Part shown: in pieces, positions 52,701 to 64,000 of the stretch
Position numbering within the stretch: position 1 is the first letter of the stretch
Layout of the letters: each line of letters opens with the position of its first letter
From: Phoronis australis
Taxonomy: Eukaryota > Animalia > Phoronida
Reading direction: 5' to 3'
Assembly: GCA_002633005.1 (NCBI GenBank)
Contig: NMRA01000053.1
Coordinates: forward strand, 320,131 to 384,130
Length of the DNA stretch: 64,000 bases
Notes under the pieces: generated by a model
Told to the model about the DNA's origin: nothing
The model's input: the letters and a program-made list of their open reading frames with translations, nothing else
Databases searched by the model: none
Program-made: the position numbers and the translations under genes

Positions 52701-55700
52701 CATCACATATTACTAGTCACTCAACTTGAAAACTGACCAATAACACCGTCTTATCTGCTAAAGTTCATACCAAGCGCGCCATGCTACTGGTTAATTTTCA
52801 AGTTCCCAGTAAAGTCTCTTGGTATCTGGCCCTGCTTACGTGACAAGTTGTGACAAGTGAAGGTTGGACCTACTTTTCTCATTGATGACTTGTCTGGCCA
52901 CCTCAAGCTGGAATATTTTTGGTGTTTCTGTGTCGTCAGGATGGTGGAAGAGGATAAGGAAGGGTAGCCCCTCCTCGGTCAACTCCTGCAACAGCAGAGT
53001 CACAGGATTACAACAGCATTGCTGGAAAACAATCTACTAACACAGGATTACAGCAATACTGTTGGAATACAATCTATCAATACCAGAGTCACAGGATTAC
53101 AGCAATACTGTTGGAATACAATCTATCAATACCAGAGTCACAGGATTACTTGTTGGAAGTCAAACGAAGTGCCTGCAACGTACTGCTGCTGCTGAATGTA
53201 CATTCACTTTTCTACATTCAAGATTCAAGAGGAAGATGAATTAAAATTGTAATGTTGAGCTTTATTTCCCCATCGAGCTAATGTAGATGTCTTCAGGAAT
53301 GCTTGACCACTGCCCTACAGTCACTTTTATCAGCAGTAGGTGGCTTACCATGAGAAATAATAAACTCACAACATCTATGCAATTATAACTGTGCCTACTG
53401 GAAATCATCATTTTCTTTGTCCTACCAGCATTTTGCACCTCATTAACCATCAATAAGTAACAATTCAACACAATATCAATAATTGTAATCTTTACAACAT
53501 TCTACCAACAGTAAAATAACACGTTTGTCAGCATTTCAAAACCAACACAAACTGTGCTGGTAGTATCGAGACTTCAAAAAAGAGCCCATTACACAACTGG
53601 AGACACAGTCATTAAAAGTAGATACCCTACAAGAATGGTAAACAGACAGGAAGGGAGACTCGTACCACAGGAGAGACTAAACACTTCTGACCTATTGTGG
53701 CAAACGATTAGTCATAGAAATGATGTTGAGTATCTCGGCAACGAAGGCTGGCCTCCCAACAAGGACACAGGCCTATTCATCACAATAATTTGTTTACACT
53801 TTTAGTACCATGTTGATGTCTGTTGGGTAAAGACATCAAATTTATGATCTCACTGTCCCAGTATCAGCTCATGTGACTTTCCAAATAAGGAAGTCTACAG
53901 AGTCAGGAACTTGACTGTATATTAAAGTTGCATGAAGGGGACTGCACATTGGAGGCTGGAACGAGGCTAGCAGGATGGTCGACACCAGGGCAAGAACATC
54001 AGTGAGTTACCATCACAGGATTCATTCGTATTAACGAGATAATGAGCATCACGTTCTTCAGAGCACCTCTGGACATAAGATTAACAATGAATCAAACGGA
54101 GCACAAAGACACCCCTCATAACTCACCTCGGCATTTTCAAATGTGATCTCTCTCACGAGAGGGACACACTTGTCTGTCATCCACATGAGCAGAGAGTCAA
54201 ACTGTGATGGTTGGCCCATGTAGGCTACATCTTCGTGTAGTGTCTGGAAAATAAACACACCTTTTACACACTGAGTAACAGTTGTGACGCAAGACACTGG
54301 GCAATGGGAGACTTTCAGGAAGCAATGGCAGTTGATTACATGGGACCGATGACTCATATCGCCACCCAGCTGTACCAGACGTTATTTTTTCTTCACAGCG
54401 GACGGCATATGGGAACAGGTTGAAAAGAGCCTTACACAGCGTATGTCATTAGACGTGGTGTGTTTTAAACAAAAGTTATAAAGTGTCTACCCGTCCTCTA
54501 TAGGCCATTGGTATTTGGTCCCACGTCACCAGTCATCACATTGTCATTTGAAAGTCTTGAATATTGACAATTTTTTTATTTTCTTGCTGAAATGACTTGG
54601 AAAAGCTGCAAAGTTGGTGTTCAGGCCATATTTCTACCAAGACATCAAAAACACATCAGCTACTACTGCTAGTACAAACACTACAATGAACTAACCTTTG
54701 GAGGTCTGTATACAATTGAATCACCACTTTGCCTTTCCCTGGCCGACACATCACTGCAACAACAAAATTAAACTATCTATTGTGGTAAACGATCACTTTT
54801 AAGGTTAGAGTGCAAACCTGACTAACTCAATCGTCTTTCCCAAAACAAATGGTACATGCAGCAGCTCAGCCGGAAATCAACATACCAATACCCTAAATAT
54901 CATTCACTTAACTTATTTCTTCACCGTATTTGAGATCTACCACCTACGAACATAAAGGAGCAATATATATACATAGATAGACTTGTGCAAAACAATTCAG
55001 TACCCACCATCAACAGATCAATTTATTTACAATTAGGACATCATTCATTGACAACCAATTCATCCTTAAGGTCATCTTATACTACTGTTCTGCACAATGG
55101 GTTGTACTAAAATAAGCATGTGAAACACTAATCAATTACAACTATCAGGATACCGGGGTGATCGCATGAAAATCACGTGTCCCTTTTCGTCCACCTTTTC
55201 TGTTTGGGTATCATATTCGGTCTCAATAATGATGCAGAGGAACAGTAAAACCTTTTGTCAATTCTGTCACTCTCCTTGAAATGTTACAATGTTACAAATT
55301 GGATACATGTCAAACTACATATGAAACTGTCAGAATGGATATCACGTGATAATATGGCCCTTGTCTACATAACAGAGCAATCTGAAACTCTCAGTGTTTC
55401 GTGCAAAACAAAATGGTTATCAAATTGCACTTCAACATTCATGAGAAACTAAGAAAAATAAATGTTAGTACTAGGTAGGACCATGAAACTTCTCAATACT
55501 GAGCCTTGAAATGAAGTAAATTTTAGTTTTCAGCAAGTAATGTGGAACACGTCATGGTTAAGAACAATTCACTTTTAAACGACTCTAATTTCATTCTACA
55601 ATTTATGCTATATTAATCTATTTACTTGTTTTTTAAATGGAATAAACAACTATACAATTCAGATGAGCTTTCTTGCTTATTCAATGCTACACACCCAATA

Positions 55701-58700
55701 GCTAGATGAAAGGAACAGTCATCACGCAGGCGTCCAGCTGCCTTCTCAAAGTTCCTGAAGGCATCAGAGTCCCTCGTTGCAAAGTAGCCTATGATGATCC
55801 TTTGGTTTTCCTGTGGACGGAATCAATAATCACATACTAAGAACATACAACTCACTGTCTTAGCAACAGTAAGCACTAAGCCAGAAAAACAAATTTAGAA
55901 ACTGAACACGGTCTACTTACTTAACAAAGGTCAATTGTCAAAATTTATCGTTTTTAAAGAAACAAGCAAAAACATCAGCTCGAGTCGATCACATGGTGTA
56001 TTCGTATTAACGAGATATTCAACATCAATTGTTAGTGCTTGTTAACTTGACCTCATTATATTAAACACGGATAAGTTCATCAGTACCCCATTAACAGCCT
56101 TTGAGTTAATACTTTCTAAAATATTTTTTAAAACGAAATACTCAGTGTGGATATGATAATCACTGACAGAGTATCTAGCCCCATGCAAGCATCGGTGCTT
56201 AAATAACCTGGTCAACCGTAGAAAGTTTACAAGCCGAAATTGTACATCTTATGTGAATCAGCAGTAGTCAATATCTTAGAACCAAAGTAGGTGGCTGTAC
56301 ATACGTTGAGACTGTCAATTTCCTCCAGGTTCGGGTGCTCGTGGATAATCTCCTTCACCTGGTCACGAAGGAACGAGGCGATGGCTTGCGGTGATCTTTG
56401 ACCCCGGTACTCCTTCTTCTGCATCTCGCCGCCGCGGAACAGCTTTAACGTCGGGTACTTGTTTATGTGGAAACGCTGTGCGATGGACGCTGGCAAATGG
56501 GCAAGAAGGGTAAAAGTAAAGACACAGCTCCAGTAAATTATGGGATAAGCAAACTGTACTAAACAACATGTACATCTGTACATTTGACTGCATTGCACTA
56601 TGATTTTGTGCAATGCCAAGTCTATTTTCAGACTGGGTTGATACAAGACGAAATATCCGATATTTAATAAATATGCCGAAGGCCGAAATCTCCCATGTCC
56701 CAATCATCAGAATAAAAAATCACTTTCAGCTTGAATGATGTGTTTCTTGGTTTTCCAAACATGTGAACTGTTTGTGGTAAAAATTCTACAGACTGGAGAA
56801 TTTACCAAAGCTCACGTGTTGGGAAAAACCAAGAAAAACATAAGTAAATTTTTTGCTAATTTTAGAAATGGCTATGTGGCTGAATTGAATTTCGTGAATT
56901 CATATTAACAGGTAGATTTGTCGACACCATGGTAGACAAATGATCAAAGAATTATTGTCTGGGCAATAAATGCATAAAAAAGATAAACAAGTGATCAAAG
57001 AATTGTTTTGAATGTAATCGAAATTGTGCAGGACTTGAAAATGAATGCTTGAAATGCAGGACAAGGAAGCCCTTGCCTTGTAAAACTGTTCTTTGGATAA
57101 CCACCACCGGACTCAGGCTTAAAGGTTATGTAGTAAGGACCCTAGAAAAATGTAAATTCTCCCATAAATGTACATTCAATCTCTAACTCAATTTATCCTG
57201 TCACCGAACAAACATGGGACACACATGATAGCATACACTGGTGGCACATATTTCGCCCATCTAGCCCGATTTTTGCCGAACAATTTTGACTTCCGTCTGT
57301 TTACATCATTTGCAATTTAAGCGTGTTTGACGTGTGCTGACTGCTGTGGTGGCAAATGCACTGATTGTATGAAATAAATAAAACAATTGTGAATCAAAGT
57401 TAATGAATCAAAGAAAACTGTTAGTAATTTAAAGTTTGGAAGTCAGCACAAACTGTGAAACAAATTTAGGGGAATTATTGACTGACTTTTGATACTCGCA
57501 GTGGCGACTTCAGATTTTTCCCAAGACATCAAACACAATATGAGATCGCCAAATCGAGCGACAATAAAACTGTAACAGCGATTTTGAATATTCATCTTGA
57601 ATATTTGTATACAGGGTTTCTACTTTCACGTATTAGGGTAAATATGCAGACTTGTCATTAAAGATCTGAATAACCCCAATGATAATGTACCCTCATGACA
57701 CAGGACATTAACAAACTATGCAAGGCTGTTAATGGATATTTGATTACAATCAACAATAAAATATGTGATATACGTGGCAATGAGTCACAGGTGGCTATAA
57801 CCAAAATAAGCATAAATGAGTGATTCGTGACTAGAAACACAATTAACATTACAACAGACAACTTACTGTAATCCTAAATATTAGGAAAGACAGATTTAAA
57901 ATTTTAATACTTAACACCAAAAATGGTAATTTATTATACAATTATTCACCAATGCCACTGATTCTAAAACCCTACTCCAAGTATGACATTTGCTGAAGAC
58001 TGCTATCAATACTTAATGACAAATTGACCATTACCTTCGCGGTCACAATCCACGGAGGCCATGACAACTCTGCCCGACTCCTGAAAAGAAAATGGAATGA
58101 CGATTTCGGCACAAAATATTACCATCAGCAACCCATGCAAAATGAATATGACGAGTGAATTAGGGGGGGTGAGACATGTATATGTACATATTCCAAATAA
58201 TGTACAGTACAAGACAAAAGTAATCAGACAATATATAGTTTCCCTATTATGAAGGCTAGTTCTGTTAACAGCAAAAATGACTGGTATTGACAGCAAAATT
58301 CAAATTACGGAATGGCCTAGCCACCTTACTAACCATGCTGTTAATTGCCCTTAATTCTCAGTCATGAAGGAAGGCAACACAGACGAATTCAGCTTCGGAC
58401 AAGCCACCATGACGGCGAATTAAATGTCACTTTGCTTGAATACTTTCGATTTGTACTGTATGTGTGTTTGTACTTGTGTATAAGATTAATAAATATTAAA
58501 AAAATCCGCACATGCTGTTTTTTAATTCAAAGTTTCAGCGGTTGAAAAACTACATACCCAGACCTTCTTAGAAACAGTACATAGGTTTTTTAGAAAATTT
58601 TCAACTTAGTGCACAATACGTACAAAATGAAGAAGCTTTGTTAGTCATTTACATTTCAGGTAACCATAACCACCACTCATTTTGCTTAAATTGCTGACTT

Positions 58701-60436
58701 CCGTAGAGAGAGTACATCAGAACATGCAATCTTTTATCATAGGCATCAACCAAACTAACCACCACGTGTTAAATACTTGTGTGCTGAAATTGGGCATAAT
58801 CAAAAACACACAAACCCAACCCCACCCCTCCACCCATCTTCCTACGTCATGTGGGGCCCTTACCGGGAACTCCTTGTTGATGTTGTCGGCAGACTCTTCA
58901 AACACTGGCTTGAGCATCTGACTGAAGCGACACCAGTCGGCATAGAAGTTGACCAACACCACTTCGTTGTTGGCTGCAACAACAACAACAACAACAACAA
59001 ATGTCAACAAAAGAAACTAACTCATGCTAAGGGGCTCAGTGGTTCAAGCTCTAGGAAGATACCTGTGAGGTTCTTGGGTGTTTCTTTCAGTTCTCTGTGA
59101 AAGTATATTTTAATTGGAAACTCTTAGAACATGGGCATATAGCCAACTGGAAATATTCACCAGGTGGCACTTGAGAGACAATTCTAGACCCTCAGCCCAA
59201 ATGTTCCCACGCTGATAAACTGCTATCTGCTATATCCCGTCTATTCAGATGTTAAAACAAGGGACCTTTGATTATTAGCACCCTTTAATTTAGAATTGAC
59301 ACATAATGCCCAGTTTTAATAATTCTGAAGTGCTCGCAAGTTGTTTAAATAAGCACTTCATAAACATTGGGGTTTTAATTAGCAATAAGGCAAACTGATT
59401 TCCTAACACCGAGAACTGCAACAGGAGTACCTTATCAAAAGCGGATGCAAATTCTAACAAAAACTTGTGTTAAAAATCACAGGAGCCACTAATATCTAAA
59501 TAGTGCTCTTTCACCAAAATATAACTAGGCCGCTAAATTCATGAAATCTGCTGGTGCTGAAGTAGTCCATATTAGCTATATTTCAGGGCTATTCTGGGCA
59601 CACATGCTTTGCATAATTTCACCAAGTCTGTTGAGCTCATTTTTCTTAACCGAGTTGAGATTTCAATAGACTGGAAAGCTGTTGGATTAGATTTGCTATT
59701 TTAGATAAAGGCCAACCACTTCAAATAGTACTCAGTGCACATAGGGATCAATGGTAAACAGCATGTGATACTGCAGCACTGTGATACTGGTGCAATGTGA
59801 TATTGCTGCAATGTGATATTGCTGCAATGTGATATTGCTGCAATGTGATATTGCTGCAATGTCGTAACGAAACAATAACAAATGGGAACTTTAGAGCAAG
59901 GGCAGCAAGAAAAGAACTAGAGAATTCCAACATATTTTTGACGCTGACAGGAACACATCAACACGGTTTAAGTGGATATAAATTCACCTTGCGTCACAAA
60001 GACCAGCTTTTGATTTAGACCATTTACCTTACTGAAGTTGGTTCTAAATGTTTCTTAGTTAAACTATTGGCAATTTTATTTCTTCGAAAGAACTGACAGT
60101 CTGTTAACACTCGAGACAAGGCTCTTTAAATTTGCTTGTCACAGCGTGTCCTTTTATGCGCCAAGCGTAGTCTCAAGACATAACAACTGTCACCTCTTAT
60201 CAAACCCAGATATCACGTCTCATCTGAGGAACAAGGTGAGACCAACTTTATTGCGGTAAAATGTCTGAACCAAGAGTTCACGTCACAGACAAAATGCAGG
60301 TTCTATAGTCGATTTACAGAAACTGCTGAAACCACAGTTTGCCATGATTTTCAATATACTTACCTAGAACGTCGTCAACATTGCCATTGTTCAGTGAGAT
60401 TGAGCCACTATTGATTGAACTGATGAAACACAAACA
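49584..60436 (-). CDS. ERP44: Endoplasmic reticulum resident protein 44 (PDI family), 11 coding exons, first exon not found
   Basis: FYADWCRFS, KYPTLKLFR, EYRGQRS, CVPLVREITFENAEELTEEGLPF, AIDSFRHMY, DLHSGKLH, C-terminal RYTLLRDEL; all junction phases agree. Confidence 0.97.
49984..50047 (-). ncRNA. Intronic box C/D snoRNA, SNORD30-like, copy 1
   Basis: aaca-g-ATGATGT..ATCTCGTTAAT-ACGA..CTGA-tgtt, sense to ERp44. Confidence 0.75.
50317..50449 (-). CDS. ERP44: ERp44 exon (TPGILQEFINDLHSGKLHKEFH)
   Basis: 133 nt, phase 2-0. Confidence 0.93.
51067..51214 (-). CDS. ERP44: ERp44 exon (VNFLTADG..HPLHHLGK..AIDSFRHMY)
   Basis: 148 nt, phase 1-2. Confidence 0.95.
52139..52690. mobile_element. TIR MITE family copy (also ~57121-57610 and ~60577-61052)
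   Basis: Shared ggtta.gtag..ccc.agaaaaa head; shared internal blocks aaaactgtaacagcg and aatcaaattcta. Confidence 0.55.
52874..52985 (-). CDS. ERP44: ERp44 exon (ELTEEGLPFLILF..)
   Basis: 112 nt, phase 0-1. Confidence 0.95.
52996..53148 (+). repeat. About 49-bp tandem repeat next to an ERp44 acceptor
   Basis: cagagtcacaggattacagcaatactgttggaatacaatctatcaatac, about 3 copies. Confidence 0.85.
53994..54056 (-). ncRNA. Intronic box C/D snoRNA, SNORD30-like, copy 2
   Basis: gaac-GTGATGC..ATCTCGTTAAT-ACGA..GTGATG..CTGA-tgttc, terminal stem. Confidence 0.8.
54127..54243 (-). CDS. ERP44: ERp44 exon (..DKCVPLVREITFENAE)
   Basis: 117 nt, phase 0-0. Confidence 0.95.
54696..54753 (-). CDS. ERP44: ERp44 exon (DVSARERQSGDSIVYRPPK)
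   Basis: 58 nt, phase 2-0. Confidence 0.9.
55695..55810 (-). CDS. ERP44: ERp44 exon (ENQRIIIGYF..LRDDCSF)
   Basis: 116 nt, phase 0-2. Confidence 0.93.
55971..56033 (-). ncRNA. Intronic box C/D snoRNA, SNORD30-like, copy 3
   Basis: aaca-a-TTGATGT..ATCTCGTTAAT-ACGA..GTGATC..CTGA-tgtt. Confidence 0.75.
56305..56489 (-). CDS. ERP44: ERp44 exon (SIAQRFHINKYPTLK..EYRGQRS)
   Basis: 185 nt, phase 1-0. Confidence 0.95.
58035..58080 (-). CDS. ERP44: ERp44 exon (ESGRVVMASVDCDRE)
   Basis: 46 nt, phase 0-1. Confidence 0.92.
58864..58973 (-). CDS. ERP44: ERp44 exon with CRFS motif
   Basis: 110 nt, phase 1-0. Confidence 0.95.
59791..59861 (+). repeat. 16-bp tandem repeat (tgcaatgtgatattgc), about 4.5 copies
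   Basis: Visible. Confidence 0.9.
60364..60436 (-). CDS. ERP44: ERp44 exon (CLCFISSINSGSISLNNGNVDDVL)
   Basis: 73 nt, phase 0-1. Confidence 0.85.
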
Positions 60437-63070
60437 CTGAAAGAGAAAAAGAGAAATGTAGAAAGGTGTTAGTGCATACTGTAAAATGTGAGGCTCTAAT
60501 AAAACGTTCATTGTTACATGAACATGCCTGCAACACAACAGTGTAACAATCAGCTTTGGTGAATAAATAACACCTAAGGTTATGTAGGGCCCAAGAAAAA
60601 TGTCCAAATTTGGCTACATTCTGATAGTCTGTATATCTCAGAAATAATGGCTGATCTAATTCATACAAAACATTCACATACCATGTTTTATGCATTGTTC
60701 TCCAACATGGTGCAAGGGAATATTTTTAAATGGTTCTACGTTAGCACAAGAGGTGTAACAAATATGACTTTTATACAACGAAAACAAAGAAGTATTTTAC
60801 AAAGGTTTATCAACGTTTTTGAGACCGGACCATGAACGCATATGTGTTCTTTTTTTTGCTACATTTTACTAAAGACATGGTGAAGTATTACAATTAATGG
60901 CAGATAGATAAAAGGTTAAAAATCAAATTCTACAAGCTTTCTACTTTCAGAAAAAAAACCTTTACAAAGTTAAGACCATTCTATATACTATTACAAAGTT
61001 AAGATCATTCTATACTTTTGCACATATTTGTCGATTAGGCCTTACATAATTTTGAGATTCAATGTTTCATTGATTTCTAATTAAACTGCATAAGAAACAA
61101 AGCCTACAAAATGGTTACATGCATAATTTTTGCCACTCTAACTTATATTTAGACCAATGTCAGGGTACTCTCCATAGTCAAGGGAAAGAAAGCATAAAGT
61201 TACTGAAATGCAGAACTTTTGTTATCTTGGACAAAAATTTTAGCCATTACCTGGTATGTTATTTAATAACCATGCAACAATACAAAGGGATATAAATGGC
61301 TTAGAAAAATACCTGCACCTTGGTGCATGTTGTCTTCCACTGATTAAACAAAACGTCCTACTCTCTACTGAACACAGACTGTTGGTCATTCGCATTAGTT
61401 TAATGGAAATGAATTCAAAACTAAAAAGGTTCTTCGCTGGGTCCTTAACGTCACTCTGTTGTTCCACATAAATAGAATACACACCACAGGAATATTAATT
61501 CAAACGGAAAGTTTAAGTTAAATAGAACCAGGGATCTGGATGTTTAGTACAGAAAACTTAAATAACGTTTACTGTCCCATTTACCTTTCCTTGCCTGTGA
61601 TTTTCCACCCATATCATGCTAAGGCACATTACATCATTCAACATTTAACTGGCTTAACGTGCCATTCACAGAGGTAAGACCAGTGACATTTGCCAAGTTG
61701 TGAAAAATGTCATTGTCACTATTTGTACAAGATGCACATTAGATGAACTCGATTTATCAAATTTAAACATTTAGTCTGATACGTCAATTAAAATCGTGAT
61801 CCAGTTTCTAGACAAAAACTGGCAAATATGTCTCCTACGAATGAACACAATAAATGTTCTAATTAGTTGTGGGCCAACATCCAAAACACCTGCATGCATC
61901 TGTGCTACATGTGTTTAAGCTATAAACACTTGTACAGACTCAATGACACTAAACCCACACGTCACTAGTCAAGCTTATTACAGGTAATATACTTGAAAGC
62001 TTGGTTGCTAACGAGACAATAAATTATGCACGAGTCTGCTTATTTTTTTCTGACTAAATAAAAGCAGGTATGCGCAACACCACCACATTAAAAAACACTG
62101 TGATAAGTCGAGAGAAAACTGATGGATTCTGGACTGTGCTTGTTTTTATAATGCAATGGAGCTTTTTAGTTGATCATTTTACATTAGCCACTCCCCGAAT
62201 ACTACAGCACCCTCTCCGATTCTGGTTATTTACCAACAATGATGCACTTCCGTGGGACACTCAATGCCCTCGATGCCCTAGTTCCATCTAAAAATATTCA
62301 AAAATCGCAAATTCCAATATTAGACCCAAAAATTCTTCTCCAATGATTAAAAAATTCCCCTCAAGGTTAGAATCCCATTTGACTTACAACACCCTCATCT
62401 TCAGAAGATTTCATTCATTAATTACAAAAATCCTCACTTTACAATAATGTCTTTTGTTTATAGTTGTCTCGAACCCAGAACCTGATGTCTGCGTTCAAGA
62501 TTACATTAAAACCGCCCAGACAACTGTAAACCGCTGCCAAGCTAGTCACTTATATTGCAGAGTATTAGTTTGCCATTCGTCATGCTGCTGTCAATTAATT
62601 TTTCCTGTTCCATAGTAATGGTAAAGCACGTCCAAAATTTTTGAAAAGCTGAGTGAGTGGAGATAAATCCTTCCATAATCCAACATGGCTCTGAATTGCC
62701 TTAGCCACCATATCTCTACCTCTTTAAATTAGTGGAAACCTAGATCAAGGAATATGGAAGAGTGAGATACGTCCTGATTTTAAAACATTCAAGGCTTCAC
62801 ATAATCACTTAATAGTAAATATTGTCGAGTTGACACAGTTGCATGAAAACGCCGCAAACATGGACTCGTTTACCGGATTTGTTGAGTTGTGAAAAAAATG
62901 ATTGAATTATTTACTACTGTATAGCAGCCACAGTAGTTGCCAATGACCATCGTCTCTGCTGGCGCAGCCAGAAGTTGGAATGGGAGTTGGGACGTGGAGA
63001 CTGGCGGGGGAGGTGTAGTTACATATGTTATTATAGGGAGTAGACGGCAACCCAAGGGTGTGAAATTTCT

Positions 63071-63359
63071 TCTTAGGATGTCGTTGATGTCTTTAATTCC
63101 TTCCAGCTCGAACAAATACTCTCGTAATCAAACTTATTCCTCGAGCAATTCCTCATTCAATTCCCTAAATCGGAAATTGGCCATTTTTAATGCTGTGCGT
63201 GGCAGGTAGTATGACGTCATATCCCCTGGCCTGCGCAGTGTAAAAATGCCCAGTTACCAATTTTGGGAACTGAACGAGGGACTGCTCGAAGAAAAAGTTT
63301 GATAACGGGAATATATATTCGAGTTGGAAGGATTTAAACACAACGACGGCCTCCTAAGG
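63071..63359. repeat. About 290-bp imperfect palindrome centred on TATGACGTCATA
   Basis: Arms 63071-63184 and 63246-63359 align without gaps, 24 differences in 114 nt. Confidence 0.85.
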
Positions 63360-64000
63360 TATCCCTCTATTCGCAAAAAATAGACACCGGTGACCTAAAG
63401 TCGTGATTATAAGCATAATAAGCAGCTGATTGTCATACTACCCAATGTCCGTTAGCAACTGCTCATGTGATGTCATGGACATGTATCAGTCTTCACAAAT
63501 ATATGTGTTTTGACAATCTTAATCCTTGTTTGTCTCCATAAGCAGAGTTTTGAAACAGTCGCTGATATCGCTGGCCATTTTGAATGAGGCCCTGAAGTCG
63601 TGACTGTTTCGTTTAGACAGAAATACACGAAGCAAGACCACACAAGTCAACTACAGACGGCATAAAAATGCATTGCATTGTTTATTAATTCGGTTTCAAT
63701 TGAAATAAATTGATATATGTTTTGCACCCAACTTTGATGTGCACAGACGTTTTCAATGAGGGTGTTCACGTAAAACGCTAAGGACCCAGCATCAATTACC
63801 TCTTTATTTTATTGCTTTGGCCTTACAAAACTTTATCGACCCTGGGACATTTTGATACATTGTTCAAGCTACCTCTGGAGCGCGTGTTTGAGTAAATCTA
63901 ACGATGAATATTTTCGAAAATATATCCCAAAAATGCACAAAAAAGTGGATGAAATATGCTTTTTTTAAGACACATTTGAAAAAAAGAAGCCACTCACTCA

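Noticed and set aside
53840-53870. ctcactgtccc resembling 28S sequence next to the snoRNA target
   Set aside because: No properly placed C/D boxes and only a short match
61240-63115. Candidates for the ERp44 first (signal-peptide) exon, including ORFs 61240-61482 and 62870-63115
   Set aside because: A phase-0 donor after a hydrophobic Met-initiated peptide is required; the donors tested were the wrong phase, had stops or were non-hydrophobic. The exon is probably beyond the window.
63128-63302. Shared in-frame TGA in both palindrome arms as selenocysteine
   Set aside because: Each arm also has a nearby in-frame TAA and no SECIS was seen; CpG decay of CGA is simpler

Overview
AT-rich, intron-rich animal genomic DNA, probably from an invertebrate. 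Most ORF-track entries are intronic noise or partial exons. Two convergent spliced genes were reconstructed by hand with phase-consistent GT-AG junctions. (1) On +, about 36 exons (463-42983, 5' end outside the window) encode a type I membrane mucin-4/SUSD2/Mesh-like protein: at least 14 EGF repeats, NIDO, AMOP, an Ig/cadherin-like module, more EGFs, a SEA domain (GSIDV), 3 EGFs, a TM helix and a tail with NPxY ending SEYF. No VWD domain is visible. (2) On -, 11 coding exons of ERp44 (60436-49584; CRFS active site, RDEL end; first exon not found). Three ERp44 introns carry paralogous box C/D snoRNA-like elements whose guide matches the 28S site targeted by SNORD30. Other signals: a decayed antisense Tudor/RING-like gene nested in an intron, a Helentron/HINE-type element with CTCF-like motifs every ~147 bp, a ~290-bp CRE-centred palindrome whose arms are codon-aligned ORF relics, a recent EGF-exon duplication, several MITEs and minisatellites, and a probable assembly artefact at the N at 32869.
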